From Gammaproteobacteria bacterium (GTDB taxonomy: Bacteria > Pseudomonadota > Gammaproteobacteria > UBA9214), in the NCBI GenBank assembly GCA_032124375.1, contig JAQBDO010000032.1, positions 1 through 24,371 of the forward strand: 24,371 nucleotides of DNA. The letters run 5' to 3'. Below the pieces are notes generated by a model. That model was not told where the DNA came from. It worked only from the letters and a program-made list of their open reading frames with translations, and searched no databases. Made by a program: the position numbers and the translations under genes. Positions 22,892 to 24,371 of the stretch are shown here, piece after piece; the first letter of the stretch is position 1, and every line of letters starts with the position of its first letter.

Positions 22892-23751
22892 CTATAAAGC
22901 TCCTGTAGCATTTTCTTCAGGCTGTCACGCCAGTCGGGAATTGGCCCGGACAGCAATGGGCGAATCTTTTCGGTATTCAGCACCGAGTAGCCAGGCCGTG
23001 TGGCCGGCGTTGGATAGTCCGTCGTCGGAATCGGAGCGACCGCTGCTGTTTTGACAGCAAACCCTGCCCGCGCGCCTTCCTCCAGAATGGCACTCGCAAA
23101 GCCATGCCAGGATGTTTGACCCGCGTTGGTATAGTTGAAGGTACCAGCCGCTTCCCGGGCCACCAGGGCAACAATCGCTGCCGCAAGATCTGTTGTCCAG
23201 GTCGGCGTCCCCACCTGGTCGTCAACCACACGCAAGGGCTTGCCTGCCATGGCCAGCCGTAACATGGTTTTCACAAAATTATGTCCGCGCACTCCGTAAA
23301 CCCAGGCAGTGCGCAACACGACAGCCTCGGGTAACACCCGCCTCACAGCCAGCTCGCCCTCCAGCTTGCTGCGTCCATAGACACCCAGCGGGTTCGGCTG
23401 ATCGGTTTCCAGATAAGGCTGGCGTTGTGTACCGTCAAAGATGAAATCGGTGGACACCTGCAGCAGACGGCCACCATAGTTCGCGACGGCCTGTGCCAGT
23501 TGCTCCGGGCTGTCGCGATTCACTATAAAGGCCAGCTCGGACTCGGACTCGGCCTTGTCGACCTGCGTATAGGCGGCACAGTTAACAACCCAGTCAGCCT
23601 GCAATTGCATGGCGGTAGCAGCAACCTGCGAGGGCAGCGACAGATCCAGCCTTTTGCGGCTGGGGGCCATCACCTCATGTCCTGAATGCCTGAACGCTTC
23701 AGCCACCTCGGACCCCAACTGCCCGGTAGCACCGGTTACCAGCACACGCAT
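22873..23751 (-). CDS. rfbD: dTDP-4-dehydrorhamnose reductase (RmlD)
   Basis: VLVTGATGQLG, NCAAYTQVDKAE, STDFIFDG, YGRSKLEGE, VVDDQVGTPT, PATRP; TGATG overlap with rmlC. Confidence 0.97.
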   Translation of the reverse strand: MRVLVTGATGQLGSEVAEAFRHSGHEVMAPSRKRLDLSLPSQVAATAMQLQADWVVNCAAYTQVDKAESESELAFIVNRDSPEQLAQAVANYGGRLLQVSTDFIFDGTQRQPYLETDQPNPLGVYGRSKLEGELAVRRVLPEAVVLRTAWVYGVRGHNFVKTMLRLAMAGKPLRVVDDQVGTPTWTTDLAAAIVALVAREAAGTFNYTNAGQTSWHGFASAILEEGARAGFAVKTAAVAPIPTTDYPTPATRPGYSVLNTEKIRPLLSGPIPDWRDSLKKMLQELYRCADCL

Positions 23752-24305
23752 CAAGGTGCCTCGTAGACTGGCAGCTTGTTGCTCTCGCTCAAGCGTGGAT
23801 TATCCAGATCCTTGCCGGACAACAGGTAGTCCAGTTGCGGCCACTCGATGCCGATATCCGGATCGTCCCAGGCAATACCATACTCATCACCTGCCGTATA
23901 AATATCGGTGCATTTATACAAAAAATCGGCCTGTTCGCTGAGCGTACAAAATCCATGCGCAAAGCCCGGAGGCACATACAGCTGTTGTTGATTTTCCTCA
24001 GACAGGAGCGCCCCGACCCACTTGCCAAACCAGGGAGAACCCTTGCGAATATCCACGACCACATCAAAGACCTCCCCACTCACCACCCGCACCAGTTTTC
24101 CCTGCGGGTGCTGCAGCTGATAGTGCAGCCCACGCAACACGCCACGCGTTGATCGTGACTGATTGTCCTGTAAAAATATCGCTGGCAAGCCGTGCTGCGT
24201 GTATTTTTCTGCATGCCAGGTTTCCATAAAAAAACCACGGGGATCCTGGAACACATCCGGCTCGACCAGCAATATTTCCGGGTGATCTAACGGTGTAACA
24301 CGCAT
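23751..24305 (-). CDS. rfbC: dTDP-4-dehydrorhamnose 3,5-epimerase (RmlC)
   Basis: DPRGFFME, QDNQSRS..GVLRGLHYQ, DVVVDIRKGSP, PPGFAHGF, LSGKD. Confidence 0.97.
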   Translation of the reverse strand: MRVTPLDHPEILLVEPDVFQDPRGFFMETWHAEKYTQHGLPAIFLQDNQSRSTRGVLRGLHYQLQHPQGKLVRVVSGEVFDVVVDIRKGSPWFGKWVGALLSEENQQQLYVPPGFAHGFCTLSEQADFLYKCTDIYTAGDEYGIAWDDPDIGIEWPQLDYLLSGKDLDNPRLSESNKLPVYEAP

Positions 24306-24371
24306 TTAGTCTGCCTGCCCTTCCTTTAAAACTTCCAGCAAGTACTGGCCATAATTATTGTTCACCATCGG
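24306..24371 (-). CDS. rfbA: Glucose-1-phosphate thymidylyltransferase (RmlA), last 21 codons only
   Basis: Minus strand PMVNNNYGQYLLEVLKEGQAD*, matching the RmlA C-terminal YGQYLL motif; its TAA abuts the rmlC ATG. Confidence 0.8.
   Translation of the reverse strand, partial: PMVNNNYGQYLLEVLKEGQAD

Noticed and set aside
23851-23861. Reverse-strand match to the CCGGATATCG box
   Set aside because: Lies inside rmlC coding sequence, without the TGTCCG-N8-CTGAC box or a -10 at the right spacing; likely chance.
1-24371. CRISPR array, transposase, integrase, rRNA or recognisable riboswitch
   Set aside because: No regularly spaced direct repeats with unique spacers, no DDE, Y1 or tyrosine-recombinase ORF, and no riboswitch consensus that I can recognise.

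Overview
GC-rich proteobacterial window, probably Gammaproteobacteria (inferred from the rml genes, tRNA-Phe and repeat style). Left: the end of a phospholipase D gene, a lipoprotein lipase, a secreted tandem YsaB-like protein and a small membrane protein. Centre (minus strand): a tightly coupled five-gene signalling operon of TonB-dependent receptor, YfiR/DUF4154 protein, hybrid HAMP-PAS histidine kinase, REC-HisKA_3 kinase and NarL/LuxR regulator. To its right lies a cluster of envelope and stress proteins (DUF4349, double BON, PliG-like, GlsB/YmgE, two META proteins, DUF4870-like), then a TPP-dependent 2-oxoacid decarboxylase, tRNA-Phe(GAA) and the end of an rmlA-C-D-B dTDP-rhamnose operon. 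Signals outside the ORF track: (1) an ungapped 63-bp activator-box/-35/extended -10 promoter motif in three full copies and one partial copy, each upstream of an envelope-protein gene, a candidate regulon of the operon; (2) a 75-bp diverged copy of the regulator's 3' end fused antisense into the lipase, bracketing a ~2.4-kb islet; (3) three-level nested REP/MITE repeats; (4) a candidate sRNA or attenuator; (5) a GDG-to-GYG change in the decarboxylase; (6) a frameshifted sigma-54 activator remnant and att-like relics beside tRNA-Phe. Family assignments come from motif recognition by eye, not database searches.
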